This document shows, piece after piece, positions 25,413 to 34,329 of a stretch of 64,000 bases of DNA (positions are counted from its first letter, which is position 1; every line of letters begins with the position of its first letter). The notes beneath the pieces were generated by a model that saw only the letters and a list, made by a program, of their open reading frames with translations, was not told the DNA's origin and ran no database searches. The DNA comes from Dehalococcoidia bacterium (GTDB lineage Bacteria > Chloroflexota > Dehalococcoidia > Lucifugimonadales > UBA1123), in the NCBI GenBank assembly GCA_965202815.1, contig CBDBCD010000002.1, positions 678,921 through 742,920 of the forward strand. The letters are read 5' to 3'. Both the position numbers and the translations under genes were made by a program.

Positions 25413-26057
25413 ATGGCTATGGCGACGCAGACATTGACTAGAACCCGCGCGGAGCAAGCGACGGATACTACTCTGCCCATCGTTCTCAGACTGAGCCCGG
25501 TCATTGAAATGACCGAGGAGCAGTTCCTCGCCTTCTGCGAAATAAACCATGAGGCGCGGATAGAGAGATCGGCAGAAGGAGAGTTGGAGATCATGCCGCC
25601 AGCGGGTATGTATAGTTCAAACCGAAACATCAAGGTCAGCGCTCGGCTGGAAGTCTGGACAGTACGTGACGGCACGGGGATAGCTTTCGACTCGTCGGGA
25701 GGCTTCACTCTTCCCAACGGAGCGGTGCGCGGCCCGGACGCGGCTTGGATTCCCAAATCACGCCTCGCCGAACTGACGACCGAGGACAAGAGAGGCTTCG
25801 GACACATCTGCCCCGATTTCGTCATAGAACTCAGATCGCAGAGTGACAGCCTTGCGGCGCTGAAAGCCAAGATGGATGAGTACATGGAGAACGGTGCGCG
25901 GCTGGGCTGGCTGATTGACCCGCAGAATAGGCGTGTGTATATCTATCGCCCAAACTCCGAGGTGGAAATCCTGGAGAATCCCGAAACCGTTTCGGCTGAC
26001 CCGGAGCTAGAAGGGTTCGCGCTGGAACTCGCGGATATCTGGGGACAGCCTTTCTGA
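25413..26057 (+). CDS. Uma2-family (DUF820) putative endonuclease, copy 1
   Basis: 214 aa; EGELEIMPPAG ... CPDFVIEL ... GARLGWLIDP pattern of Uma2 PD-(D/E)xK-like proteins. Confidence 0.8.
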   Translation: MAMATQTLTRTRAEQATDTTLPIVLRLSPVIEMTEEQFLAFCEINHEARIERSAEGELEIMPPAGMYSSNRNIKVSARLEVWTVRDGTGIAFDSSGGFTLPNGAVRGPDAAWIPKSRLAELTTEDKRGFGHICPDFVIELRSQSDSLAALKAKMDEYMENGARLGWLIDPQNRRVYIYRPNSEVEILENPETVSADPELEGFALELADIWGQPF

Positions 26058-26082
26058 TTCATTTTTCCAAACGCTCAAAGGT

Positions 26083-26727
26083 ATGATTATGGCGACGCAG
26101 ACATTGACTAGAACCCGCGCGGAGCAAGCGACGGATACTACTCTGCCCATCGTTCTCAGACTGAATCCCGTCATCGAACTGACCGAGGAGCAGTTCCTCG
26201 CCTTCTGCGAAATGAACCATGAGGCGCGGATAGAGAGAACGGCAGAAGGAGAGTTGGAGATCATGCCGCCAGCGGGTATGTACACAGGTAGCAAGGAACT
26301 CGACATTGGCGCACAACTACGAAATTGGGCGCGACGCGACGGCAGCGGAGTGGCATTCGGGCCAAGCGCGGGATTCACCTTGTCGAATGGGGCGATGCGT
26401 TCCCCCGACTCTTCCTGGATACTCAAATCACGCCTCGCCGAACTGACGACCGAGGACAAGAGAGGCTTCGGACACATCTGCCCGGACTTCGTAATCGAGC
26501 TGCGCTCCAGGACCGACAGCCTGCGCGTTCTTCAGGCCAAGATGGATGAGTACATGGAGAACGGCGCGCGGTTGGGATGGCTGATTGACCCGCAGAATAG
26601 GCGTGTGTATATCTATCGCCCAAACTCCGAGGTGGAAATCCTGGAGAACCCCGAAACCGTTTCGGCTGACCCGGAGCTAGAAGGGTTCGCGCTGGAACTG
26701 AATGATGTTTGGGCGCAGCCGTTTTAG
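26083..26727 (+). CDS. Uma2-family (DUF820) putative endonuclease, copy 2
   Basis: Tandem paralogue of 25413-26057, the same 214-aa length. The termini are almost identical and the centre is divergent. Confidence 0.8.
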   Translation: MIMATQTLTRTRAEQATDTTLPIVLRLNPVIELTEEQFLAFCEMNHEARIERTAEGELEIMPPAGMYTGSKELDIGAQLRNWARRDGSGVAFGPSAGFTLSNGAMRSPDSSWILKSRLAELTTEDKRGFGHICPDFVIELRSRTDSLRVLQAKMDEYMENGARLGWLIDPQNRRVYIYRPNSEVEILENPETVSADPELEGFALELNDVWAQPF

Positions 26728-26747
26728 TCCGCCAGGGAACGGAATCG

Positions 26748-27701
26748 TTAAGAAATATCGCGCCCGACGCCCTGTTCCACCGCCCTGTCATAGACTACTT
26801 TCGCCGAAGCAATATCCCACAACGCCATCCCAAGAGACTTGAACAGAGTCACGTCCTTGGCGTTCTCACGACCCGATGCCTGACCGTTGACCACCTCCCA
26901 CAACTCCCGAGTCCGTTCCCAGATGAGTAGTCCGCGAGACGCCGGCATCATCAGTTCGCCCGACTCGATCCGCGACTGGTTTCTGTCGTCAACGACTATC
27001 AGGTCAGCCCTTTCCACGGCGGCGAAGTCAAGTTCGCTCACGTAGGGATCTGCGCCTCCGGCGGCAGCTATGTGCATCCCCGGCTCCAGCCACTCGCCAT
27101 GAACGACTGGCGACCGCGAACTGGTAATCGTTATTACTATTTCGGCCTCAGACACCGCTTCGCGCGCCGACTGCGCGGGAACAACATCGAGTCCCAGTCT
27201 GTCCGACATCTCCAGTGCATACGCGCTCCGGCGTTCGCGGTTGGGGCTGTACACTTTCACCCGTTGAAGATCGCGTACCTTGCTGACAGCCTCGAGCTGG
27301 GTTCTGGCCTGGAAGCCGCTGCCTATCACCCCCACGCTCGATGCTTCCGGTGTCGCCATGAACCTGGTAGCGACTCCGGTCGCCGCGCCGGTGCGAAGCT
27401 GTCCCATCCGGTTGGCCTCGACAATCGCTAACAGTTCACCCGTTCGGCTGTCGGAGAGAAAAACGAAGAAGTTATAGACGCCCCCGGCGAATGTGTATGT
27501 CTTGAATCCCATGATGTCCCACTCGGAATCGGAGGCCATCATCGTGTTGACGTGTGTATCCGGGCCCGCGTTCAGCCGCTGCCTGGGCTGGTTTATGGCA
27601 TTTCCGCCGGACTGGTGAAGCAGAGACGATTCGACGGCGTATAGCGCCGCATCCATATCGAAGAGGCGGTCAACATCCGCTTCTGTGAGATAGAGTCCCA
27701 A
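26748..27701 (-). CDS. ornithine cyclodeaminase / mu-crystallin family protein
   Basis: 317 aa; the overall OCD pattern (GAATGVATRF, VIGSGFQA Rossmann motif). Confidence 0.8.
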   Translation of the reverse strand: MGLYLTEADVDRLFDMDAALYAVESSLLHQSGGNAINQPRQRLNAGPDTHVNTMMASDSEWDIMGFKTYTFAGGVYNFFVFLSDSRTGELLAIVEANRMGQLRTGAATGVATRFMATPEASSVGVIGSGFQARTQLEAVSKVRDLQRVKVYSPNRERRSAYALEMSDRLGLDVVPAQSAREAVSEAEIVITITSSRSPVVHGEWLEPGMHIAAAGGADPYVSELDFAAVERADLIVVDDRNQSRIESGELMMPASRGLLIWERTRELWEVVNGQASGRENAKDVTLFKSLGMALWDIASAKVVYDRAVEQGVGRDIS

Positions 27702-27704
27702 ATG

Positions 27705-28535
27705 CTAGATTCGCACAGCTACGACATCCAGCCAGTTTCTGGGAACATACTCTATCTCCATCTCCTCGAACGTCTGGTGGACGCCTTTCTGGAGCGAGTC
27801 GCTGGCTTCCTTGAGAGGCACGCCGGGCAGTGTGCCGGCTATGAAGTCCTCGAAGGTGCTGATATCCAGCCAGCCCTCTATGGGTACGAGGACCGTGTCT
27901 TCCTCCAGTCGAATCACTCGAAAACCGTTGCGTTCCAGCAACTCTCTGTACTGGTCCGCGGTCAGATGTTTCCTGGACTCGACCTTTTCGGCCCTCTGCG
28001 GAGACAGGCCGTGTTCCCTGCGCAGAATGCGCGCCGACTTGAACATCCACTTGCGATAGAAGGCCGTGGACTCCGGAACCTGCCCGCCCTCGTAGAAGGA
28101 GGTGTTGAATGCGAACCTTCCGCCGGGATTGAGCGACTTGGATATCTCGCCTACCAGGGCGTCCTTGTCCGGTATGTAGTGGATGGCATTGCAGAAGATG
28201 ATGGTATCCGCCCTCTCTTTGAGCGCGTCGGATACCTGCTCGACCTGGCTCTGCACAAACTGGACGGCGGTGTCCCTGTGAGACTTCAACTCTTCCATGG
28301 CCTGCTTGAGAGCGCCCGCCGAGTGGTCCATGGCAATGACCACTGAGTCCCTGGCCCCCCGCACATGCTCGAGAATGAGCTTGGTAACGCCTCCGGTGCC
28401 GCACGCCAGGTCAACGATTCTTTGACCGGATCCCGGCTCCGCCATCGCTACCAGCCTGGCATTCAAGTCTTCGTAGAACGGGTTCTGGGAAAAAGTGGCG
28501 AAAGAGAAATCGCTGCCCGCTTTGCCTGTTGCCAT
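27705..28535 (-). CDS. class I SAM-dependent methyltransferase
   Basis: IVDLACGTGG motif I. Sits 3 nt upstream of the OCD gene on the same strand. Confidence 0.8.
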   Translation of the reverse strand: MATGKAGSDFSFATFSQNPFYEDLNARLVAMAEPGSGQRIVDLACGTGGVTKLILEHVRGARDSVVIAMDHSAGALKQAMEELKSHRDTAVQFVQSQVEQVSDALKERADTIIFCNAIHYIPDKDALVGEISKSLNPGGRFAFNTSFYEGGQVPESTAFYRKWMFKSARILRREHGLSPQRAEKVESRKHLTADQYRELLERNGFRVIRLEEDTVLVPIEGWLDISTFEDFIAGTLPGVPLKEASDSLQKGVHQTFEEMEIEYVPRNWLDVVAVRI

Positions 28536-28691
28536 GATACCTCTCCTGAAACGCTAACTTCCCCTTAGCCGGATTATGACAGGCGACAGTATATCACATT
28601 TAGACGCAGTGATATTGCAATGTATGGAACGAGCCGTCCGTCTGATACAATCGGGATGCCCTTTCCGAAAATACGGCCGCAGGCAGGTAAT

Positions 28692-29621
28692 ATGGCTCAG
28701 GACATAGATATTCGCGGGTTTACGTGGGAAGACCTTGAATCGGTCACAGACCTGTTCAACCGCATTGGCGGAGCGACGGGGACAGAAAAGGAGTTGGACA
28801 GCGAAGTCGTGAGGCAGAACCTGTCGGTTCCGTCCGCGTCGCCCGAAACGAATCTGCGGCTGGCGGTCAATGGGGCCGACATCGTGGGATACCACCTGCT
28901 TTCCCCAGAACCACTCATCGGCAGGGCCGTCGTCGCGGGGGGCGCGATCCCTGAATTCCGAGACACCGGGATACTCACCCGTCTGCTGCGCGACTCGGTG
29001 GAACGGGCGAAGGAGGCTGGGGGGCGCGCGGTCCACTTTCAGACGGCGCTCGACGCGCATGACGACCATCGGCTTCTTGAGTCCGAGGGGTTCGTGAGGA
29101 TCAAGGAATTCTGGCAAATGCGCTGGGAGGGGGCCGAACTTCCACCCCTGCGACTCAGGCCGGGCTTTCGACTCAAGTCCTTCGAGCTGGACAGAGACGA
29201 AGCCATGCTTACCGAACTCCAGAACACCGCTTTCGGCGAAAACTGGGGCTTCAGTCCCAATACCGTTGATCAGATAGCCGCGCGCGTCCGCGTAAAGATC
29301 AGTCCGCCTGAGGGAGTGATCTTCATCATGGACGGTGAATCGGCCGCCGCCTATAACTGGACGCAGAGAATCCAGAATCCCTACGGACACGTCGGCTTCG
29401 TGGCGATGACGGGAGTCCACCCGTCATATCGCGGCAGCGGGCTCGGCACCGCCGTTGTTGTCGCGGGCATGAAACATCTCCTGTCCAAGGGTGTTGATGC
29501 AATAGAGCTTGAAGTTGACGCTGAGAACACCCCCGCCAGGGAGTTGTACCTGAAACTTGGCTACCGCCGCGTCCATCGAAGCGTCTGGCACGAACTCAAA
29601 CTCGGTCAGACCATGCCTTAG
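28692..29621 (+). CDS. two-domain GNAT N-acetyltransferase (mycothiol-synthase-like architecture)
   Basis: About 310 aa with a C-terminal acetyl-CoA motif (YRGSGLGTAVV). The internal ATG at 28692 was chosen. Confidence 0.75.
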   Translation: MAQDIDIRGFTWEDLESVTDLFNRIGGATGTEKELDSEVVRQNLSVPSASPETNLRLAVNGADIVGYHLLSPEPLIGRAVVAGGAIPEFRDTGILTRLLRDSVERAKEAGGRAVHFQTALDAHDDHRLLESEGFVRIKEFWQMRWEGAELPPLRLRPGFRLKSFELDRDEAMLTELQNTAFGENWGFSPNTVDQIAARVRVKISPPEGVIFIMDGESAAAYNWTQRIQNPYGHVGFVAMTGVHPSYRGSGLGTAVVVAGMKHLLSKGVDAIELEVDAENTPARELYLKLGYRRVHRSVWHELKLGQTMP

Positions 29622-29650
29622 CCCACCCCAAACCGCTATGGAGATATCCA

Positions 29651-30490
29651 ATGTCCTTCAATTTCGTTCAGATGTCCGATCCTCAATTCGGAATGTTCGC
29701 GTCTGTAAGCAACTACTCCGAGGAGGAGATCGAGGAGCGCAGGCGGAGGGGCATACTCATGCGCAAGGCGCCGGAGCCGATAAGCGGGTTCGCGGATGAA
29801 ACCCGCCTCTACACAAGGGCCATAGACAAAGCCAACAGCCTGAAGCCGGACTTCGTAGTAGTGTGCGGAGACATGATTCACGATACCGGCGACGATGCCG
29901 AGATAGCTGAGTTATTCCGCATCACGGAGAATCTGAACGACGGCATCCCCGTACACTGGGTATCCGGCAACCACGACGTCGGCGAGGCCCCCACCTCCGA
30001 GTCCATAGCCCTGTATCGCGAGAAGTTCGGCGCGGACAACTACTCGTTCGACCACGCCGACTGCCACTTCACGGTGATAAACAGTTCGGTCGCGTCGGAC
30101 CCGTCCAATGTTCCGCGCGAGTGGAACAGGATGATCCAATTTTTGGGAGACGACATGAGTACCGCGCGCCGCGCGGGCGCGGAGCATTTGATTCTACTGC
30201 TGCACCATCCGCTGTTCTTGGAGCGCCCCGACGAGGACGAAGACTACTTTACGATTCCTTTCGAAAGACGCGAAGCAATAGTGAGCATACTCAAGGGCAA
30301 CGACGCCTCCGCCGTATTCGCCGGACACATGCACAGGAACAACTACGCGCGAGACGGCGACCTGCTCATGATAACCACCGGCGCGGTTGGCTACCCGCTC
30401 GGCCCCGACCCGTCGGGCATCAGGCTGGTCACTATGGATGAAGCGTCAATCACGCACCGCTACTATCCCCTGGCCGAGCCGCCGGGGTAG
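29651..30490 (+). CDS. metallophosphoesterase
   Basis: VVCGDMIHD, GNHD and GHMH motifs. Confidence 0.8.
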   Translation: MSFNFVQMSDPQFGMFASVSNYSEEEIEERRRRGILMRKAPEPISGFADETRLYTRAIDKANSLKPDFVVVCGDMIHDTGDDAEIAELFRITENLNDGIPVHWVSGNHDVGEAPTSESIALYREKFGADNYSFDHADCHFTVINSSVASDPSNVPREWNRMIQFLGDDMSTARRAGAEHLILLLHHPLFLERPDEDEDYFTIPFERREAIVSILKGNDASAVFAGHMHRNNYARDGDLLMITTGAVGYPLGPDPSGIRLVTMDEASITHRYYPLAEPPG

Positions 30491-30539
30491 CGCCACGACA
30501 GGATTCGCAATGTCCCGACGTTAGTGAAAGAAGGAATCA

Positions 30540-31172
30540 ATGAACAGCGAGAACAAAGTCCAGTGGGTTTACGCCTCTGAGAACAACCAGCAGCTCGAGG
30601 ACCGCTACGACGAGTGGGCGAAGGACTATGATGATGACCTGGAGTCCGATTTCGGCTACGTCATTCCGAAGGTAGCGGCGGAGACGTTCGAGGGTTTCGT
30701 TTCCAAGGACGCGAGAGTTCTGGACGCGGGCGCGGGAACCGGACTGGTCGGCGTGGAGCTGCACCGGCTGGGCTACACGAACATCGAGGCGATGGATCTG
30801 TCGCGCGGGATGCTGGAGGAGGCAAGCCGCAAGGGAGTGTACAGCGGATTTCACCAGATGGTCATGGGCGAACCGCTCGACTTCGACACCGGCAGCTACG
30901 ACGCCGCCATCGGCGTCGGCGTCTTCACCCTGGGACACGCGCCCGCGAGTTCGTTCGACGAACTTGCGCGCGTCGTCCGGCCAGGAGGCCACGTCGCTTT
31001 CACGCTGCGCCCCGACGTTTACGAACAAAACGGCTTCAGAGAGAAACAGCAGCAGCTTGAGTCCGACAAATCCTGGGAACTCGTGCATGTCACCGAAGAA
31101 TTTCTGGGTATGCCCAAAGGCGAACCCGACGTGTCTTTCCAGGTTTGGGTCTATCGCGTCGGGCCGCGATGA
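30540..31172 (+). CDS. class I SAM-dependent methyltransferase
   Basis: VLDAGAGTGLVG motif I; 210 aa. Confidence 0.8.
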   Translation: MNSENKVQWVYASENNQQLEDRYDEWAKDYDDDLESDFGYVIPKVAAETFEGFVSKDARVLDAGAGTGLVGVELHRLGYTNIEAMDLSRGMLEEASRKGVYSGFHQMVMGEPLDFDTGSYDAAIGVGVFTLGHAPASSFDELARVVRPGGHVAFTLRPDVYEQNGFREKQQQLESDKSWELVHVTEEFLGMPKGEPDVSFQVWVYRVGPR

Positions 31173-31206
31173 CGGATTCGGGTGAAAAATGCTACGGGGG
31201 AAGAGC

Positions 31207-31644
31207 ATGGATCACGAACAGTTCATGAAGGTAGCGCTGGAAGAGGCGCAGAGGGCTGCCGATGAGGGAAACGTCGGCGTTGGCTCGGTGATAGTCCTGG
31301 ATGGAGAGGTGGTGGCGCGGGGCCGCAACCTGGTCCCGACGACCAACGACCCCACTGCCCACGCCGAGACGGTCGCCCTGAGAAACGCGTCCGAGATACT
31401 GGGTACAGACGACATGACCGGATACAGCCTATACACTACGTTCGAGCCGTGTCCCATGTGCTGCGGCGCGCTGATGAACGCGAATATCAGTGCGGTCATC
31501 CTGGGCGGCAGGCCGGATCCGGACCAGACGCGCTGGGGCGGCTACACGATGGAAAACCTGCTGGAAATGTGCGGCTGGACGGACCGCATGGAAGTCGTCA
31601 CAGACATATTGGTTGCGGAGTGTCTGAGCATACGGCGGCCATAA
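31207..31644 (+). CDS. nucleoside/tRNA-adenosine deaminase (CDA fold)
   Basis: HAE...PCPMCCGA zinc-binding motifs. Confidence 0.85.
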   Translation: MDHEQFMKVALEEAQRAADEGNVGVGSVIVLDGEVVARGRNLVPTTNDPTAHAETVALRNASEILGTDDMTGYSLYTTFEPCPMCCGALMNANISAVILGGRPDPDQTRWGGYTMENLLEMCGWTDRMEVVTDILVAECLSIRRP

Positions 31645-31694
31645 GGGGTTTTGTCCTTGAGAGGGGGAGGTTCGGGGCGCTGCTGATAAACGGG

Positions 31695-31853
31695 TCAATC
31701 CTGCCGGGCGGCGGCGTGGCGAGCGGGCTGGGGAGGGTGAGGCGGCTGCTGTAAGCGAGACATTTCTTCCGCTATCAACTCTTTAGCCCGTCTCTCAACC
31801 TTCTCCCGACGCTCTGGGGGCAACCTGTCCATCATCTCTTCGAGCGTGATCAT
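31695..31853 (-). CDS. short ORF resembling only the N-terminal helix of an XRE-type antitoxin (possible truncated antitoxin)
   Basis: My own translation is MITLEEMMDRLPPERREKVERRAKELIAEEMSRLQQPPHPPQPARHAAARQD (52 aa). ATGA overlap with the toxin stop. No HTH segment follows. Confidence 0.4.
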   Translation of the reverse strand: MITLEEMMDRLPPERREKVERRAKELIAEEMSRLQQPPHPPQPARHAAARQD

Positions 31854-32206
31854 GTTCGTCCAATCCTGTCCAGATGTCTGTCAAATCTGTCATCCGCTAT
31901 TCTGATAAGTCGCCTGTAAAAGCGTCTTTCGCTGACCCCCGACTTGTCTCCGGCTATAAGCAATATAGCCCGACGGTTGGGGTCGAACGCGAAAGCGACT
32001 CTCCACACGCCGTTATCCGCATTAAACCTAAGCTCCTTCATGTTGGCGTGGCGGGACCCGTTCAGCGTATCTACGCGAGGCCGACCCAGTATCGGACCAA
32101 ATTCCCGCAGTACGTTCACTTGCGCAAGGAGTTCATCCTGTACAGCGGCAACCATTGCATAGAATTCGGGAACAAAAGCCGAATCGAACTCAACTTCCCA
32201 ACTCAT
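31850..32206 (-). CDS. RelE/ParE-superfamily toxin (Gp49/HigB-like)
   Basis: 118 aa; GSRHANMKELRF...WRVAFAFDPNRRAILLIAGDKSG...RFYRRLIRIADDRF matches the Gp49-like killer pattern. Confidence 0.75.
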   Translation of the reverse strand: MSWEVEFDSAFVPEFYAMVAAVQDELLAQVNVLREFGPILGRPRVDTLNGSRHANMKELRFNADNGVWRVAFAFDPNRRAILLIAGDKSGVSERRFYRRLIRIADDRFDRHLDRIGRT

Positions 32207-32292
32207 AACCTAAACTATGCCCGGAACCCTATATACTGTCAAGGGCAGATCAAGGCAGATGAGACAGGTGGAAGCGTCACAAAAGTGGTTAG

Positions 32293-32321
32293 TCACCCCC
32301 ATCCCCGTATCAGGTACGGGG
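32293..32321 (-). repeat. hairpin + GGATGGGGGTGA element (minus-strand copy)
   Basis: The minus strand reads CCCCGTAcctgaTACGGGGATGGGGGTGA. The same 12-mer follows a hairpin at 49033-49070. Confidence 0.45.
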
Positions 32322-32461
32322 CAGGCTCCAGTCCTTCCCCTGTTCCAGGGCCTGATAGGGTAGGCATCCATCCTCATCACCCCGTCTCATACTCCCCCAA
32401 CGCCCTCACAATCGTCTTGTTCCGCCCATTCACATTCGGCTCCCGCGTGAACGTCCGCCAA

Positions 32462-32860
32462 CTACTCAACGAACAAAGACTCCGACGGAATCCAGCCTTG
32501 GGCGTAACCGTCCGCTCTCCGCAGCCACTCAGGTATTCGTTCACTCACCGGATAATCCTGGCCCCAGTATTCCTCGAACAGCGCTCCGTCAAGCCTCTTG
32601 GCGGCATCCCGCATCAAGTCTTCTATGTCCCGCAGCGCTCGCATGATATATATGCCGCCGCGCGTATGATCAGCCCTCAACGCTACGCTGCCAGCCGAAA
32701 ACAAATCCCGCGCCTGGGTGCAAAGTACGCCGTGTTGATTCAGCAGATATAGCGCGGCGTCCGTGTACTTGTTGCGAACCCGCGAACCGCCGCATATCTG
32801 CGGACACAGAATTGCGGCCTCAGCCCGCAACATCCGCTTTTCCGACTGTTCCAGCGTCAT
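32462..32860 (-). CDS. hypothetical protein (132 aa) downstream of the C5-methyltransferase
   Basis: An ATG lies 8 nt after the methyltransferase stop on the same strand. No family recognised (MTLEQSEKRMLRAEAAILCPQICGGSR...). Confidence 0.55.
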   Translation of the reverse strand: MTLEQSEKRMLRAEAAILCPQICGGSRVRNKYTDAALYLLNQHGVLCTQARDLFSAGSVALRADHTRGGIYIMRALRDIEDLMRDAAKRLDGALFEEYWGQDYPVSERIPEWLRRADGYAQGWIPSESLFVE

Positions 32861-32868
32861 ATATGGCC

Positions 32869-33864
32869 TTACAGATATTCCCTCACGGCTTTGGCTATAT
32901 GCCATGCCAGCGCGGGCGGAACGGCGTTGCCGATCTGCCTTTCAGTCTCGCGCATCCCCGACAGGAACTTGAATTCGTCCGGGAATGACTGCAAACGCGC
33001 CGCTTCCCTGAGAGAAATGCGGCGCGGCAGTCGGTAGTGCCACTGGATATTGCCATGATGTTCCGCTCGGATCGTCGTGGCCGGAGCGTTGGCCTTCAGA
33101 ACGCGATTGCCCTGTTCTGGACTGCGCGCCGCCTTGCTCCATATATGATTGATGCTTGGATCCTCGGACAAATCCTCAAGATCGTTCAGAGCCTGATGCG
33201 CGGTCATAGTTCGTAGTACGGGTTCGGGGCGATGGAGCTCGCGCCGCTCAGCCCGCGTTCCGATTATGAACACCCTCTCCCGCATCTGTGGAACGCCGTA
33301 GTCAGCCGCCAGATATAGCGAATGAGACACTTGGTATCCGGTGTCCTTGAATTCCTCGATCATTCGCTCGAACATCTCTCGCCCATGCGCTTGCCTCAGT
33401 CCCTTGACATTCTCCGCCACGAATATGCGCGGTTTCACCCTGCGAATAGCCTCGATCATCTGTCGATACAGGATTGTCCGCTTCCCCTGCGCTCCCAGCC
33501 TCGACCCATTGATAGAAACATCCTGACATGGGAACCCCCCGATTATTGCGTCCGCCGACTCGGGCAGAGTTTCCAAAGCGTCAATCACATCGCCTCGTAC
33601 AATAGGGTGTTTAAGGTTATGCTCATACGTCTCGCAAGCCGGGACGCTGACGTCGTTCGCCCACGCAATCTCAAACGGCAAGCGGTCATAATAGCGCTCT
33701 CCAAAACGGAAGCCTCCCAGAAAGCCCAAATCCATGCCGCCGCAGCCTGAGAACATACTCACCACGCTATGTGTCTTGACGGGCGTACCCACCATTCCGG
33801 CCGGCATCCGCGCCGCCTTCGCGGAAATATGCCGGACTTCAGGTTCCTCTGTACCAATGCTCAT
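32869..33864 (-). CDS. DNA (cytosine-5)-methyltransferase
   Basis: Motif I FSGCGGMDLGF, motif IV GGFPCQDVS, motif VI ENVKGL, motif VIII QMRERVFIIG and motif X GNAVPP. Confidence 0.92.
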   Translation of the reverse strand: MSIGTEEPEVRHISAKAARMPAGMVGTPVKTHSVVSMFSGCGGMDLGFLGGFRFGERYYDRLPFEIAWANDVSVPACETYEHNLKHPIVRGDVIDALETLPESADAIIGGFPCQDVSINGSRLGAQGKRTILYRQMIEAIRRVKPRIFVAENVKGLRQAHGREMFERMIEEFKDTGYQVSHSLYLAADYGVPQMRERVFIIGTRAERRELHRPEPVLRTMTAHQALNDLEDLSEDPSINHIWSKAARSPEQGNRVLKANAPATTIRAEHHGNIQWHYRLPRRISLREAARLQSFPDEFKFLSGMRETERQIGNAVPPALAWHIAKAVREYL

Positions 33865-34128
33865 TGCGCCATCTCCCCATCAACCACGTTTCGCCGCGCG
33901 GGTATCCGCCCTTCTATTTTGGCCGCTGTCTCAGCCATGAAATCCGCCAAGTTCCGTATTGCCATGCCTGCTATTGAACTCGCCTTATGAATCCATGATG
34001 CCGCCTTTCCACATTGCCCCGAACGATGTTTCACAGAACTTACGCTCTATTATCCTCATCCATCCCAACACTGTCAACATCTCCAGCGCCCTTCGATTAT
34101 TGTATTGCCGAAGATCTCACAACTACTT

Positions 34129-34153
34129 GTCATTCCCGCGAAAGCGGGAATCC
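34129..34153 (+). repeat. GNRA-tetraloop hairpin repeat, copy 2
   Basis: Identical 25-mer to 1177-1201. Confidence 0.7.
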
Positions 34154-34190
34154 TCTAAGAGGCTCGCCACTCGCCAATCCCGCCCAGCGC

Positions 34191-34225
34191 CCCAATTCAT
34201 AATTGATAATTTCTAATTGCCAATT
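34191..34225 (+). repeat. tandem heptamer array (NNNAATT x5)
   Basis: cccAATt catAATt gatAATt tctAATt gccAATt in phase, about 105 nt upstream of the 34330 ATG. Confidence 0.7.
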
Positions 34226-34329
34226 CCATCAAAGTTGCCCTTGACGACCACAGAACATTATTGCTACCATACACCCCACAACACTGAAAACATAATATCT
34301 GATGGGAAGAGGACGAGGAGGAGGTCGCC

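Noticed and set aside
31874-32752. 292-aa plus-strand ORF spanning the toxin gene, a hairpin repeat and the 132-aa gene.
   Set aside because: It is antisense to better-supported genes, reads through a repeat element, and has a Pro/Arg-rich translation.
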